64,000 nt of DNA from Chiloscyllium plagiosum (Eukaryota), in contig NC_057756.1 of the NCBI RefSeq assembly GCF_004010195.1, forward strand, positions 3,330,653 through 3,394,652, given 5' to 3'. The position numbers and the translations under genes were made by a program. Positions 25,611 to 40,905 of the stretch are shown here, piece by piece. A model generated the notes under the pieces. That model had not been told where the DNA came from. It was given only the letters and a program-made list of their open reading frames with translations, and did no database searches. Position 1 is the first letter of the stretch. Every line of letters begins with the position of its first letter.

Positions 25611-26460
25611 CCTTTCGACCAATCCGTCTTTTTCCAGGTAATCGAATAATGATCAACAGAAATATTTGACGACTGGAGTGGGCATCTTTTGCTTTGCCTT
25701 GGCATTACATTTCAACGTGCATGTTGCCAGTAATGTGTCTGAGACAACTGCATTTTCTCATAATCGTCCAGTATCGCTTTGTTTGGGAAATAAAAATAAG
25801 TATAGAAGTGGTGAACTGCTTATATGCAACTTACTGTTGTAGCTATTAAATTTGAAATTTTCATTAGCCTCTGGATGAACAAACATAATTAACAATGAAT
25901 TTTGTGACGTTGATGAGGGAAAATGTAGGCGTTTGGTGACGGTTAAGGAACAGAATGAAATGGCTGCAACAAAGAATATTTGGATGCAAATATCTTGTTC
26001 CGTACCATTAGCTAATAGTACAAGACTAAAAGTTTTATTAAATAAATTCATCTTTGCATTTTGTTGGTTCAATTTTTGAAGTGTGGAATTGTGACATTAT
26101 TTTGTATTGAAAAGGTGCATTTTGTCCTGTTTTTTATGAAAGACGTTTGAGATGAGGCACCAATCCGTGTATTCAGAGCGACAAAAGTGAACAGTTTGTG
26201 AAGCATTTTTTTTATTGGAACAATAGTAACAATCTCAACGAGTAGGGTCAAGCTCCCATCGAACTGTTTTTTTTTAATTTAAGAATCATTTGCCGTAGTA
26301 TTGAACTGTGTTAGCAAGATGTAGTACTTCTCGCCCTGGTAATCTGACACTTTTGTTTCCTAGGAAATTGCAGTTGAAAATATTTATGTGGATATACTTA
26401 CAGTCAAAGTCAAAAATATAATGGACAAATTTATTTTTGTGTTTATGATTTTCCTGACAG

Positions 26461-26481
26461 AAAACAAAAAACTAAAAGATG
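26461..26481 (+). CDS. 21-nt phase-1 heptad micro-exon, ENKKLKD
   Basis: Acceptor tttttgtgtttatgattttcctgacAG; exon AAAACAAAAAACTAAAAGATG; donor gtaaga. Confidence 0.8.
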
Positions 26482-27949
26482 GTAAGACAATTCTGATTAT
26501 TTTGATTCTTCAATATTTCGTTAAACCTGGCTACATTGATGGCAACATAAGTTCAAAGACCTGCGATTAATTTTTTGTTTCGGAAGTCGGGTGGGAGTAT
26601 TGAGGAACATTTCCTAACAGTGATTGTGCACCTTATTTGGCAATGTCTTCTTTTATTGCTGCTTCCAAATTCAGACGGTTATATTTTTAATATGAATGTC
26701 TTAATGGATGATCAGAATAGTCAGGCCAGACATTTGGTTTCTTTGTACCAAAAGTAAACAGTGGTATCGTCTTGAACATTTTCCTTTTTGAATCCTGAGA
26801 CAAGTTAACGGCGTAAAGCTCTGCAATTTTCTTTTTTGTCATGGCATATAATAGTTAAGGATCAGACAAACGACCAATACAAGCATTAAAAAGGGAATGA
26901 AGTTACTATATCATTACCTTTTGCAATATTGATTGAGGACATGCACGACAAAGAGCACGTTCGAAACAAATCTACAGGACGATGTGAAGATTACCTGTTT
27001 GCGACATGTTTTGAAATAAATGCTGCAGAGTTGAATAAATACCTATTGGATTCACTTGTCTCCAATCTTCTCTTGCCAATGCAATAAAAATAATAACGTG
27101 TAAGGGAAGTTAAACATCGCTCCATTCAACAACCAAAACAGGATGGTTCAATATATTTGAACCGTTATTGATCCTGGTAAGCCGTTGTGTTGTATCGATG
27201 GCGATGCTATGTTTGCATAGGTTGGGACAAGCCTCAGACCACATTGATGCTGAAGTAAGAAATCTTGTCTCTTTACTGCAAAGCATTGACACACAATTGA
27301 TCATACACACATGGATATTAACTTTATTGCTCTGTATAAGTCAAAATAATGAATTTGAATGCTAACATCTGAAGGGTTGCCCTAACACAGCATTCTGGCT
27401 GACAAGTGGTTCCTCAAAATCTTAAATTTTACTTCAAAATTGCTGGGAACTCGCCAGATATTTTAGACTGGCTATGATTTATCATTTCCTAAACTATGAC
27501 ATTCCAATTCAGATGATATTTAGTTTGTTGGCTATATCTCCAACAGTAGTCTAAAAATGAAATAAAAAACTCCTTACATGAGCATGATTTGTTCTTCATT
27601 TTACTTAGTAACATCACTTCAGTATTCCCACTTCCATTATCACTGATTGCATTCCTTCAGCCATGAATTCTGAGCACTGCTATTTATAAAATAATTTTGA
27701 ACGTAAGTTGTTGATGCTTCTCTCTGTTTTATGGTGGGCAGCTTGAAAGAAATGCATTGAATGAGAATATTAGAGAGAGGTAGAGGCATGCATCTGAGTC
27801 AAAGGGACAAGGACAGAAGAAAGAGAGACCAAGAGAGAACGAGCAAGAGAAACATAGACTGAGAGAGAAAGAGATAAACAGAACACATTATCTGAATTGT
27901 CAGATTAGCGGATTTTAATTGTCTAAACATATCTTTGTGCTTCTAGAGT

Positions 27950-30495
27950 GATAAGTGCTTAGATGGAAGTTCGTTCAAGAACGTTTCATCAAGCAGTATA
28001 GAGAGGACACTACTTGGAAAGGGGTAATGCTTGAACTAATAGGGCGGGAAAGGTGAAACGGTTGACAGTGGGGAGCATTTGGGGCCAGTGACAGTTGTAC
28101 GTTGATTTTAATGTAGTTATAGGGAGAACAAAACTGGTCCACACGTTCAAGTTTTAAATTTTCGCAAGGTGAAATATTATGGAATGAAACAGGAGGTCGC
28201 AAGCGTTGATTGGAGTACTTGTTCGCAGGAAAATGGATCTTCAGCAGGTGGGAAGCATGTAAATGTGAGACAGCTAGTTTTCAAGGTTTATGTTCCTGTA
28301 AGGGTCGAGGGCAAGATTAGTAGGAATACAGAACTTTAGATGATAAGAGGTGCTGGACTTCGATTAGAGAAAAAAAAACGAGGTGTGGCTCAAGCACAGA
28401 GTGTTGGAATTAATGGGCCCTATGAATGTATACACGGAGTACAGGAGTTACCTGAAGATGGAAAATAGGAGGGCGATAATTGGGCATGTGGTAGACTTTG
28501 CTGCGATGACTTGTGTGAATCCAAAGATTTTCTTGACGTATATTAAAGACTGAAGAGTAAGTAGACAGAGAATCAAGCCCCTTCATGTCGAAAGTGTACA
28601 TGTACTTGCAGAACTGCAGAAGATGGACAGGGTTCTCAACGAGCAATTATCATCTGCTTTTACCATGGAGACAGACACAAACACTTCGTAATTTGGAGAA
28701 GGTAGTAGTGAAATATTGGGAAATGCTTGTTTCACATTCAAGAATTTGAATGTATATGAACGAATGAAGGTGAATAAATCTGCTGGTCCTGACCTGAAAA
28801 TCCAAGAACACTGTGAGAGTCCAGAGAAGAAATTGTGTGGAACCTGGCTGAACTTTTTTATCATCGCACACAACAGGTGAGTTCCGAAATAAAGGAGGAT
28901 TGGTAATGTTTTTCATTCTTCTATAAGGGATGCAAGTAAAAGTCTCGGAACTATAGTCAACTATGCTTAGATATGTTACATGAGAACATACTTTGGAATA
29001 AGATTTCCAGGTAGATTCGAAAGACAGAATTTGATTAGGAATAGTCATCGCATCTTTGTGAATAAGAGAATCAATTTTTTAGGCAAGAGCTTTTCATTAG
29101 AAATCATCTCGTTGGTGATGAATGGCTCTTGCCTGAGACATCTATTCTCATGCTCATCGGATGCTGCCAGATCTGCTGTGGTTTCCAGCACCCGACTCTC
29201 GACTCAAACCTCTAACACCTGCAGTCCTTACTTTATCCACGTCTTTGTGGGTAGACGATCATGCCTCACAAATTTGTTAGAGTTGCTTCATGGACTGACC
29301 AGGGAGTTTGACAACAGCAGGGCAGTAGACGTTGTCTCCGTGGCTTTTAGTATACTCTTGGGTATGGTTCCAAATGGTAGTCTGCACTGGTGTGTTGGAA
29401 GCCGAGGAATGCAGGTCAGCTAGAAAATGGAATACAAAAGTATTTTGATCGCCGGAAACAGAATGTAATTGTGGAAGGATGCTTGTTGGCTAGAGGCCTC
29501 TGACTAGTAACGTGAGGCAGTTGTTGTTGCTGATTTCATTCATGTTATTTATAGATATCAATGATTTCGATAATAATGTAAAAGGCGTGAGAGTGAGTTT
29601 GCGGATGATACCAAAATCGGTGATATTCTAGCAGTGAGGAAGGTTATCAGAGATTTCAGCTGAACCTTGATCAGGCGGAGAAGTAGGCCCAGAAACTTTA
29701 ACTGTAGTTTCATGGACATAACAATGAGATGTTGCGTTTTGGAATGACAATTCAGGTAGGAGTTTCATGACGAATAGTGGGGCCTTAAAGAGTGCAGTTG
29801 AACTGAGACGTGTTGGAGTTCAGGGTCATAGTTCTCAGAAAATAGAGTGACAAGTAGACACAGAAGTGAAGAAGGCTTTTGGCACACTGGCCATCATCAC
29901 TCAGTGCTTTCAGCAAAGAAGTTGGGAAGTTATGTTGAACTTTTAAAGAATATTGGTGAACTCGCACTTGGAGTACAATGTTCAGTTTTGGTCACTTTGC
30001 TATTGGAAGGATACTATTAAATTGGAAATATTACTGAAGAAATTTAGAAACAAGCTGTCTAGTGGGAGGTTGTAAAAGCTTGAAATTGTTTTTTGTTAGA
30101 GTGTAGGACACTGAGAGGGACCTTACAGAGATGTATAGCATCATGAGAGGCATGAATCGAGTTATTGCACTCAGTCTTTTTTCCTCGTTTTGGGGATTCA
30201 AGGAGAAGAGAGCATCAGTTAACGTTTAGAGGCAAAAAATAGGGAACCTGTGGGCGATATTTTTCCTAAGAAAGTGGGCACATATGGAATTAGCTGTCAG
30301 TGGAAGTGGCTGAAGTGCGTCCATTACCAACATGTAAAAGTCATTTGGGTAAATACACAGATAGGTAAAGATAAATAGGATATGTGTCAAGTGCAAAAAA
30401 AACAGCGTTTGCACTGATTGACGTTTTAGGTGGCATGGGCCAGTAAGAGTCAAATGGCCTGTCGCCGCTTAGTGAAACTTAATTAGTCTATGACC
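27950..30495 (+). mobile_element. Old, degenerate CR1 LINE ORF2
   Basis: Remnants SCLTNLLELLHGLTREFD...VDVV, FADDTKIG (gcggatgataccaaaatcgg) and HLEYNVQFWS. Confidence 0.8.
29061..29240. mobile_element. Short PLE terminal insertion with an inverted hammerhead pair, inside a CR1
   Basis: Inverted arms 29067-29100 / 29115-29148 (aggcaagagc / gctcttgcct); then ggatgctgccagatctgctgtggtttccagcac; flanking tctttgtg duplication at 29053-29060 / 29242-29249. Confidence 0.7.
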
Positions 30496-31811
30496 CTATA
30501 AACATTTCATAGAAATTTGGAAACATTGACCTCTGAAGCAATGGTAAATTCAGACCGAAATTGAAGTTTCCAACTCATCAGCGAACAGGCACAGAGGCAA
30601 ACCACAGAGACGTTAAAGAAGAGTTTCTACTGGATATGTGGTTTGGTTTTTGGGTCACTGGCGGCGTAACAATAATCTCCCATGGCGGAAATAGGAAAAT
30701 TCTCATTCGATAACATTTCTGGGTTTGGTCCTCCATTCTGACTAAATCAGAAAATAAAGGTTGCCAAACTTCTGTGCCCCAAAAATTGGACGCACTGCAC
30801 TCTTTAGGGGAAAGAAAAATATGCAAACAAAACTACAATTAGTGATGTCTTTCACCTGCTTGACCCAAACTTTCAGAGTTGATCAAAAATAAAATGTTGC
30901 ACACCAATTATTTAGTCATGCTTCAAGTGCATTCACGTCTCAGTACACTGATGTCAGACCTGTACTGCTAATCATTCTTTAGGCAGCAGTGCAGTCATTG
31001 AAAAGTGGGATGGCTTATTGCTGTAACCACGATGAATGCAAGCCTTCGTTGTTTCTGATCTGTTCATAATTCTTTCTTTAATGAAATTAGAAAATTACAG
31101 GTTGTTGCGAGGTGGCATGGAAGTTTTTCATTTCGTATTCCTGACAGAAAGAGTATGGAAGCCTTACTTAAATGCATTGCCTTCCACAGGTGTCAGTGTT
31201 TAATGTCAGTCAGAAATATCCGTAAAAGTCTCCCATACTATCCAATTCAAATGCTTTATTTGGACGGGCTTGCTATTTCAGGCTGGCGTTTATGCTGGAA
31301 ATATCAAATTGACATAAGATATCCAACAGCTTCTCTTATGAGTAGATCCAAACTAGAGAGTGGAAAATATTGCCAGGATTTTTAAAATTTTTAATGCTTG
31401 CAATTGCTCAGGGCAATTTTTGCAAAATCACATATTTATGGCTCCAACGCTTCAACAAAATTTCTGCATTGTCAATATTCTACCAGCTTTCTCTCTGCAC
31501 AGATACTCACGAGGTTAGATTGAGAACGTCAATGCATGATATTTGGTGCATTGATGGAATCGCCAATACTTCCATTTACCTAGAAATAAAATAAACGTTA
31601 CTGATGTATTAGTATTTTTCTCTATTAATGCTGTCATCTGATTTCCAAAGATACTGGTTATTGAAGGAGTCAATTCTTGTCTTCATGAAAACATTTTAGA
31701 ATAATGGACTACTGGAAATTAATATATAATATTGCTAAGTCATTTACTTGTTTTTGAATGACGAAGAATACCACAATGCTCCACGAAATTATACAGAAAT
31801 TAATAATGCAA

Positions 31812-34800
31812 GGTTATCGAAAAGGGCGGATCTTTTAGAAACTCTTTTAAAGGTAGCCTACATGTGAACGTTGCTATCTGCTTATCTAGGTATAAGGGGG
31901 AATATTCCTGTGCAAATTATATGGGTCGACTGTCAAGTGTGCAAATATCAAAATTCATTTCCAAAATTAAGGCATGAAGCACAAAGAACACAAAATAGAA
32001 TATCCAATAACATATCCAACTTAATGATGCTATTCCGAAAATACATGCAACAGTCGTAAGACACACATCCTTTAACACAGAAGTTAAAAATAAATCAAAC
32101 AAAGGCTTTCAATTTGAAAGGAGTCAGAGAAGGCCAGCAGCTTTTCGGATATCCCCTGCTGTAACTGACTCACAAAAAAATCATCAGCTGCCAGGATTGG
32201 TACACCCTTTTACTATACAAGGTATTTCTAAAACATGAAAGTATTTGGCCGAAGATATCATCTGTTCAGGAGTAAACAAAAAAACAAAAAACAGCTGCAA
32301 TAAACCAATCACTCTGCACCAAGTCATCCGTTTCAGAACCTGGTCTTTTCCCCACCCCTCTGAAAAAAACATCCAGCCACAGTAACTATAAGACGAAGGA
32401 ACAACTTGGAGAAAAGGGCCAGATTTGTGACTCCTCCCCCTAAAACAATCTAAACCGTCAATATCCAAAGGTGGCTTTATTTATGAAACCCCTTAATAAA
32501 ATTGTTCAGTTTATAAAAACACAAACATATTTTGCACTAACTACACATATGCAAACATGCATAAATACATTTGGATTCAGTTTGTGGTACGCCCAGGAAC
32601 AAATGAATCCACATCTCATTCGAATCCCGACAATGCATCTGCAACATGCTCCATCTGATCAGTCTGGCATTTTGCCCTTAAATTTCTCCACAAATTTTGA
32701 TGGGTCATGATCAATGTTGAAGATTGTCTTAGATGCGATCCTCGTCGTATTAGCACTGAAATGTTGAATGCCAAAACCAAGCTAAAAGTCTCTTTCTTCG
32801 CCATCGAAGCTATTTTTGCTGATGAACAGTCAATTTCTGGGAGAAAGACCCAGAAGGTCTTTCCATCTTCTTGTCGTCTTCCTACAGGAACACAGCACTG
32901 ACGCCCATATCGCTGCCATCAACTGCCAACTTGAAAGGCTTTGTGTAATCTGGTGAGGCAAATACTGGAGCAGTGGTGAACAGAGACTTCAGGGTGTCAA
33001 ATGTCTTCAGTCAGTACTCGGTCAATTGAAACTTCTTGCCTTTCTTCAGTAATTCAGTGAGAGGAGCTGTCACCCTGCTAAAATTCAGCCACAAACTTTT
33101 GATAAACTGTATTCAATTCCAGGAACCATAGTATAACTTTTTTTCGTGTCAATCGTGTCAGAAATTTCCAAATAACTTACACTTTCACATTCCGTTGAGC
33201 CATTTGTCCATGTCCAAAAACATGGTGACTTGTGATTAGGTAAGTTCACTTTTAGCTTGGTTTATAACCAAGCCTGCCTTCCGAATTTGATTTAACAAGT
33301 CCGATAGATGATGTAAATGTTACTTCTGTGAGAGACTAAAAATCACGAGGTTACCAATGCATACAGAACAGAACATAACCTGATTATTTCGTCTCCGATA
33401 TGTCTTTCATGCTAAATGTTATGACATTAAACTGATACAGTTCATCTGGCATTACAACAGCCAAAATTGCCTTTGCACTTTCTAACAGGGTTTTCGGCAA
33501 GTATACTTTGAATAAGTTCAACTTAAAAACATAAGGTATATGTGACACCTTTTCAAAACAGTTTTCCAAATGCGGATTTGGATGTGCAACTGCCATGACT
33601 TTGCGATCGGGCCTACATAACCACTTGGCACTATCTACATTTTTGGCATCATTACTGCAAAAGATCTCCATTCACTCCAATCCATTCCGTTATGCCAGCT
33701 TGAAGCATGAATTCTCTCTCCTTCTGAACTTCTGTCAAATTTAGACAGTTATCCTTTTAAGGATGTTCCTTAATCGAAACGGCATCTCCTTTATCTACAT
33801 CTTGCATAATTAGGATTAGAAATTTCCAGTTTATTTCCGCATATCTCCCGATGTAATAGCAATAATTCTTTCAGGTCATTTTGATTTTCCTCTGTCAGGT
33901 AACCCAATAATGTATTCTAACTTTTTGAAAACCTCCTCATTGTCAAATTTAATTTGAGGAATGTCCAATTCGGAATGTTCTGAGTTTGGTTCTACCTTCT
34001 TCACTGTGATCATTAATTCCTTCTCCCCTTGCCTTCCTTCCTTGCCAAAATACGTTTTGAGCATATTTGCACGAGAAATTTCTTCCTACTTGGAGTCTTT
34101 GTCTAGTAGGTCACGTGACACAATTTTCTTTCGATTTGATAAGATCCACTACAAATTGTTTTTAATTGTTCTCCAAATTACTGCAAGTAACACTAACAGC
34201 TCATCCCCGATAGAAACAAAATGCGAAATTTTGATTTCCTACCTGCTTCCTGTTTCATTGCATACTGTTATACTTCTAAATGCTGTCCAGCAAACTCCCC
34301 AGCTCCATTTCATCGATCTGTAAAATTTGAAATATAATCCAAATGTGTGGTCTCTGAATTATGACCGATTAACTTGTTGTTAACCAATTTTAACTGTCCT
34401 CTCGCATGATGCCGAACACTTGATTCAAATCGATTCAACTTGGTTGATCCATTGGTGCATCTCTGATCGCATAAAGAACAAGGGGAATTCCCATAACCAT
34501 TTCACCTGACTGATCTTGACTTGAATCCCTCAACATGGTATTATTCCTTTTTTATTATGCCTCATTAAGCCTTTTTTTCAAGTAATATCACACAGAGATA
34601 CATTCGGACTCTTTTGCTGCATGTGCCTGTTGATACAACTGTTTTAAATTTTCCTCATTCTGCTGCAACTCAATGAGTGTGTCGAGGTCAATACATTTGT
34701 ATGCTTATTTACTTGTTCTTGCTTTTTCCCAACTGGCTGGTCGAAAACAGTCTCAGCTTCCTTATCTGTAGACTTTGATCACATTCCCTTCAACTGTTAC

Positions 34801-37283
34801 TCTCTTACCTCGTTACTACAAAATTAGCGAAGAATACCTAATAAGACTCTTGCACTCCTTCAATTACTTGAGCCTCTACTGGCTTTTCAACTACAGTAGG
34901 CAGCATGCCTACCGATGAAACAGCTAAAACATTCGCAAGAACAAATTATGTTCTCGGAGCCGAAAGATTGTATCGTACTCCTATGACAAATTCTGGATTT
35001 TTTTCTGGACAATCTAATCTTAATGTACATATTTGAGCGTCCTTTGTCTCACCAGGAATTCCAGTTTCCAGTTCCTTTTCTGGCAATAATCTTTCAAGAG
35101 ATCATATCTCTTCATTCTTCAGCATCACAGACTGAGTGTTCCTTAATATTGTCACATTTTGATATGCACCTTCTGGCTTATGTGAATAAACTTTATCTTT
35201 GCAAGAATATTTTAAGCAAATCCGGAACTTCTACATTAAAATCCTCTCCTTAGCTTGTGCACTCTGTTGCAGATTGATAAATTTCACTATTCTTTCTGTC
35301 ATCACTCCAAAATAACTTCCAGTCATATCCTGCTTTGCCGCGTCTGGCTTTCATTTGCTTTTCCTAACCCACCAACACAGTGACTTCCTGAGGCTGAAAT
35401 GTTGCAATTAATCACCGGAGCATTTAACCTTCTTTGTCCCTTTTAAAGGCTTGCTTTTTCCCATGTGCTAAATTCTCCTCACGATCTTCAGTAAGACCTA
35501 CCTTTCTCTTTCGAAATGAAGATTTCTCTCTTCTGCAAGTTATATCCCTTTTGGATTGAAACATTTTCAGGAAACCAAACCGTGGTTGATAGACCACCGC
35601 ATAATCATTAGCCACCTTGCTGTTTTCCTTCTCTGCTCATCCACATTAATTTGCATTAAGTCAGGCAGTGAATTTTTGAATTTCTTCAAACTAATTTCCA
35701 CGCTAGCTGCACTGTACGTGTGCTCTATCTATTACACTCTTATCCAACTATCAAAATCATTTTGTTTGATCCTTTCAAACACAACGTAGGTTTGACCAGG
35801 TTCCCTCTTTGTTCCTGAGACGTTGTCTATTGACTTCTGGTACAAGCTCATATGCAATTAAGACTGAATTTTTGACCTGTTCATACTCCCCAAATCACTC
35901 CTCTGATAGTGATCCGAATATCTCAATAATTCTACCTACAATTTGGTTTTGCACAACAAAACCCACATACCCATGACATCTGTTTTTGCACTTTTACAAA
36001 TGAGGTGAAAAAGGCTTCCAACATCATTTTCATCATATTCATGCAATGCTTGATCATACTTAAACATTTTCTCACCAGACATTTGACGACCAGATTCTTG
36101 CTCATTCTCAATCTCCTCCTCAGTAAGCCTAACGACAACGTTTATTCCATACTATTTTTTGCTGTCTTCCTTTTATCTTCGACATTCCAATTTCTGAAAT
36201 TGAAACTCTCTTGCTTTTTCTGTCTCTTTTGCGACAACCTTTCCTTGTCGTTCTTTCCTTTCTGCTGAAGTGCTGCATTCGTTTTCTTCTGATTTTAATT
36301 GTAACGCAAACTGTTTCATTTCTGCTTCAAACTTACACTTTTACATTTGCAATTTACGTTTAGCTATCTCCACAGGTCGTGATGCGGTTTCCAGCAATTT
36401 TCAATGCTCAGCCACTGCTGCAATCATCTCATATTTCCTGACATTAGACAGCAAATTTAAACTCAGCTTGTATGAAATCTCCCGCAGCTTATACTCCTTA
36501 TACTCCTTCTGTAAAACGCCGAAGGTCACCTCTTCCACCTCCAGAAACTCTTTGTTGACTGAATGAGCCAAAGCTAAATGGCCTATGTTTAAACTAACCA
36601 AATCAACATGCGAAATAAAAGACACCAACACTTATCACTCGCTGTTTAAATCCAACAAAGAGCCCTCAATTTGTTATGGCCTAGGCCAGACACTTCAAAG
36701 CAACTTTAAGACGCTAGCCCAGACCGTAACGTCGCTAATTTTAAGCTAGATATGATGGAAATTCCCGGTGTAAATTGGCTGGGTTGACTGCCACGTTTTG
36801 AACAAAGAAAATTTAGGTACGAAATTACGGAATGTAAAGCAAAGAACAGAAAATGGATCAGCCAATCATGTATCCTATCGAAACCTGACGAACGATGTTG
36901 TTCCAAACATGCATGCAACAGTACACTTATACACATCCCTTTTCCGAGAAGGAAAAGCCAAATAAAGGCTGACCATTTGCAACTACAGAGAGAAGTCCAG
37001 TAACGCTTCTTACATCCTCAGCTGGAACTAAAGCAAAACAATAAACTCAGCTGCCAGGATTGGTCCCCTTTAATTATGCAAGTTATTTCAAAAACGTGAA
37101 TACTTTTGGCTTGTTGTATCATCTGTTGTGTCTAAACAAAAAGGGACCCAATAAAACGTCCACCTCTGCGCCAACTCAGCCTTTTTGGGGCCTGGTCTTT
37201 TTGCACCTGTCTGAAAGAAAGGCAAGGACACAACGACTTAGAGGAAAAGTAACAGCTTTGAGAAAAGAACCAGCTTTGTGACA
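31812..37283 (-). mobile_element. Decayed Gmr1-like Ty3/Gypsy LTR retrotransposon (gag-PR-IN-RT-RH order) with two LTRs
   Basis: 5' LTR 36672-37283 followed by a tRNA-Pro-like PBS (tgagggctc); PPT ggggaggag at 32431-32440 and 3' LTR ~31812-32432; IN C-terminal MLKTYFGKEG precedes RT ELYQFNVITFSMK and RH AKKETFSLVLAF...VADALS. Confidence 0.8.
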
Positions 37284-38244
37284 ATACACGAAGTGGATCT
37301 AAAAATCTTACAAATCATTGATGGTGTCTAATATGCATTTTTTTCATTGGAAGTGCGAATGCATTGCATCATCTTAAAAAATAACACATTATGATAAATA
37401 AGTCGTTGAACAGGCTGTGCACTTTCATTGTCGCTTTAGACATGTTTGTTTTAAGGTGAAAGGACCAAAGATTTCGGTGTTGAGGCACTTTCCATTCTGA
37501 CGTTGTTTGCATTATGGATTATTACAGAATAGTAAAATTGGCTATTAAAATTTAATCACTAAATATGGACTAATACATTCAATAGGGCCAATACAGATAA
37601 AATTGCATATCGAATCCAAACAAATTATACTTACTAATTTTCATGCTACATTTATTTTGAAATGAGTGAAAGCATACTGGGCGATTTGATCTGTCTTCCT
37701 GCATCTTGTGTCATGGGGGCTAATTTACTGTCAATCAAATCCAGTTTTGTATGCTTATTCAGCATATATTTAGGCTCAGCGAACTAACTTACATCCATGT
37801 AAACAAACTGAGCGCCAAACCTTCTCAACCATCGCTAATGTTTCATTTGGTCCCAGAGTGTTCTTGTCGCCACATATGGAAAGAAAATCGAAACAAATTA
37901 AGTATTCGAAAAGTTTCTGGAAGCGAATCAAATTCTTCCGATTCGTTTTCATTAAAATGCTGTGTATCTAATTTCCTGTGAAAATCCTTAAATCAACAGC
38001 AGAAATTCATCATTTCTTTCTAATATTTGATAATTGCCATGTATTTCAGGAAAATATCATAAATGCTTGTTAAGTCTTCAGGATTGGCATTGGGATTGCA
38101 ACATTAGTTTTTTATTTTGTTTTTGATACTTAATATATGGCCAAATTAACTGTATTCGCGTTCATCTTTTTTCTGCGTTGCATGCAAAGGAAAAAAAAAA
38201 GATATGAACGCCTACCTTTTCTAAAATGTATATGTATAACACGT

Positions 38245-38285
38245 GTCTGTATGTGTGTGCGTGTGTTTGTGTCCGTGTGTGTGTC
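38245..38285. repeat. Imperfect (TG)n microsatellite
   Basis: gtctgtatgtgtgtgcgtgtgtttgtgtccgtgtgtgtgt. Confidence 0.8.
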
Positions 38286-40306
38286 TACATATTTGTCACA
38301 ATCTTTATTGGTACCTTCTTGTGTTATTTCGATATGAATGGACCACGTATAGGAATGACAGAGGAAATGGCAGAGCACAGAGAGTATTCACAAGTTTGTT
38401 TATTTTTTACATCCCAATGAAACAATGAGTTTTTTTTTTAAGATTTGCATTGGCAGTCCGCTTTGAGATAAAAGCAAGCAACAATAAACACAATGGAAAC
38501 CAACATACATATAACTCAAACAAATTCATTTTCTGTTTGGTTTTACTTTGCAAAAATATTTTTGTATAGAATATGGTTTATTTTACTGATTAAGCATGTC
38601 TCCACAGCCCTCCTTCTTTCAGCATTTCCCCACGAGCTCACCTCAGATTTAATCACCAATATGACAGAAAGCGGCATCAACTCTTAGGTCAGACTTAACA
38701 AAATCGTAATTTAGGAAATTCAGACATATTTAACATGCAACTGTGGTTGTTTACGCGTTACTGTTTCATTTTTTTTTCATTTGTTCTTCTTTTTCCATGG
38801 TCCTGTTAGAATTATAGATATACAAAGTTTCACAATTAAATTTTCCTACATAGCAGCAGACCGACTAATTCTTATCGGCCCTTCTAAAATGAATACGCAA
38901 TTAGCACAAGGTAATAAAAGGGTTTGGAAAATGGAGAATCTTAAAAAGCCTGCAACTGTTATGCAACAGACGCATGCCTTTATTAATTCTGGTTCTCGAA
39001 ATTCGTAGAGTAATTGCAGTCCTCTTGGTTTCTCGCTAACCTCTGCAAGATCATTCTAGCAACATCACAACAGCAGACACCTGGGGTGCCAAACGCTGAA
39101 AACTCGCTTGCAAATGCTCTGTGTATTTTCTTTTGTTGTACTGTCAGCATGGATTGCTGAGTCCTAAATATTTTGCAATAACTCAAACAATAGCCTCATT
39201 CTTACTGAATTTTAACTTTTACAGATGAGGATGTATTTTACACTTTCGCCTGAAAATCATTGTCGCTTTACTGTAGGATAATATACTTTTCATCAAGCTA
39301 CCCATGAAAAGTATTTTGCAGACACTTCTGGCAAAGAGCAAAAAAAAATCATGAGATGAACATGAAAACATATTACCTGTCAAAACTTAAACCAGGAAAG
39401 AAAAGAAGCAAACTGCAGACATGCAAAATTATATTTGATACTCAATGCTATGAACATGCTCAAAATCGCCATTCCCTGATATGTTTTGGCATGTTCATTT
39501 CTTTGTCGCTCTCTGTAGTTTGCTATCTAACATTGGAGGAGTCAGGAATAAAAACTAAGTAGCAAAATCACAATTTTGGTCAGGATGCATTCTTCAGTTT
39601 TCCATGCAACTTTTGCAATTGTCTGAGGAATTAATGTTCCTCAATGTTGAACGACATTTGGATAAAGCACTGAGTTAGACAAGTTTGCAAAATGTACATT
39701 TGGTGACTAACTGTGACAACCACCGTCAAGAATGGCTTAGTAACAGAACTGCCATGTGAACTGGTAGGGGCACGAATAACATAACGAGCAACCTGCCTTT
39801 TCAGCAGCGTCTATGGGAACCAGAGGACGGAAAACCATATGCAATCTCATTCTTTCCAATCTACTGTGTGCAGACGCATCTGTAACAATATCGGTATCAG
39901 AGATGAACTTCAGTCATTCTCTAGAGGAATTTCTACCTTCATATTAAGAGCACACTCAATCAAATTGCATTGCACTAACCCTGTGCTAAATCTGACAATC
40001 TTCAATCAGATCTAGAAATTAATTGTTGGCGCTGTTGCCACCAACAGCAGCACAAATTGCAATATATCATGTTTCAGCAAAACCCCATCTTGCTATTATC
40101 TTCAAACCCGAGTATCATCTCTGGTTCAATAACGAATGTAAAGGACCAGGCGACCAGAAGGCAAAGAAATAGGAAGTAGTGACTCAACAATTTAATCATT
40201 GCTGATAAGTTTCGCACCTTTATCCCACATTTTCCCCGTGCATCATGATCCCCGTGAGACTCAAGGGGATTCACAACTGAATGACTGTATGTCAGGAGAA
40301 ACATCC

Positions 40307-40905
40307 GTCTTATGGACCAAGCCAGCCCTGCTCAAAACATTTCAATAAGGCGGACCAGACGCAAGTTGTTTCATTTCTTTTTGGCAAATATCAGGTGCAT
40401 ATTCCAGGCGTGATTTTAGTGACTTCAAGTAAAGAAACCTTTACTTACACACTGCCGAATGAAACACAAGCAATAGAAAACAACTTTTAGAATAACAACC
40501 ATTTGAAAACCCAATTGGTATGATGTCACCAAAACTTAACAAAGCTATTCCATTTTCCTGCAACATCGAGACAAACACAACCCTTGGGGGGAGGGGGGAG
40601 GAATTGTATTCAAACTCAAGTTCGTGGAAGAGAGATTTTAGAGAGAACGATATTCAGCAGAAACATCTGTTGAATCTGGTAAACCTTTTTGTCCCAGCAG
40701 CTTCCTTTTACCAGCAACATCAAACAGGTGGTTTGCTAAAGCTAAATAATATCGAAAATAAATCCCTGGACTCAGAGAACTGACAACTGCTCTTTCATTG
40801 TCCAAGTCTTTTTATGTAAAAAAAAATCTTTTCCCTGATTAATGCCAAAGGCAGTATTTGTTAGCCATCTTTCTGAACATGTGCCAAATTCAGAGTGTTC
40901 AACAC
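40307..40905 (-). mobile_element. Solo LTR of the same Gmr1-like family
   Basis: ttatggaccaagccagccctgctcaaaacatttcaataaggc aligns by eye with LTR ends at 36672 and 42834. Confidence 0.65.
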
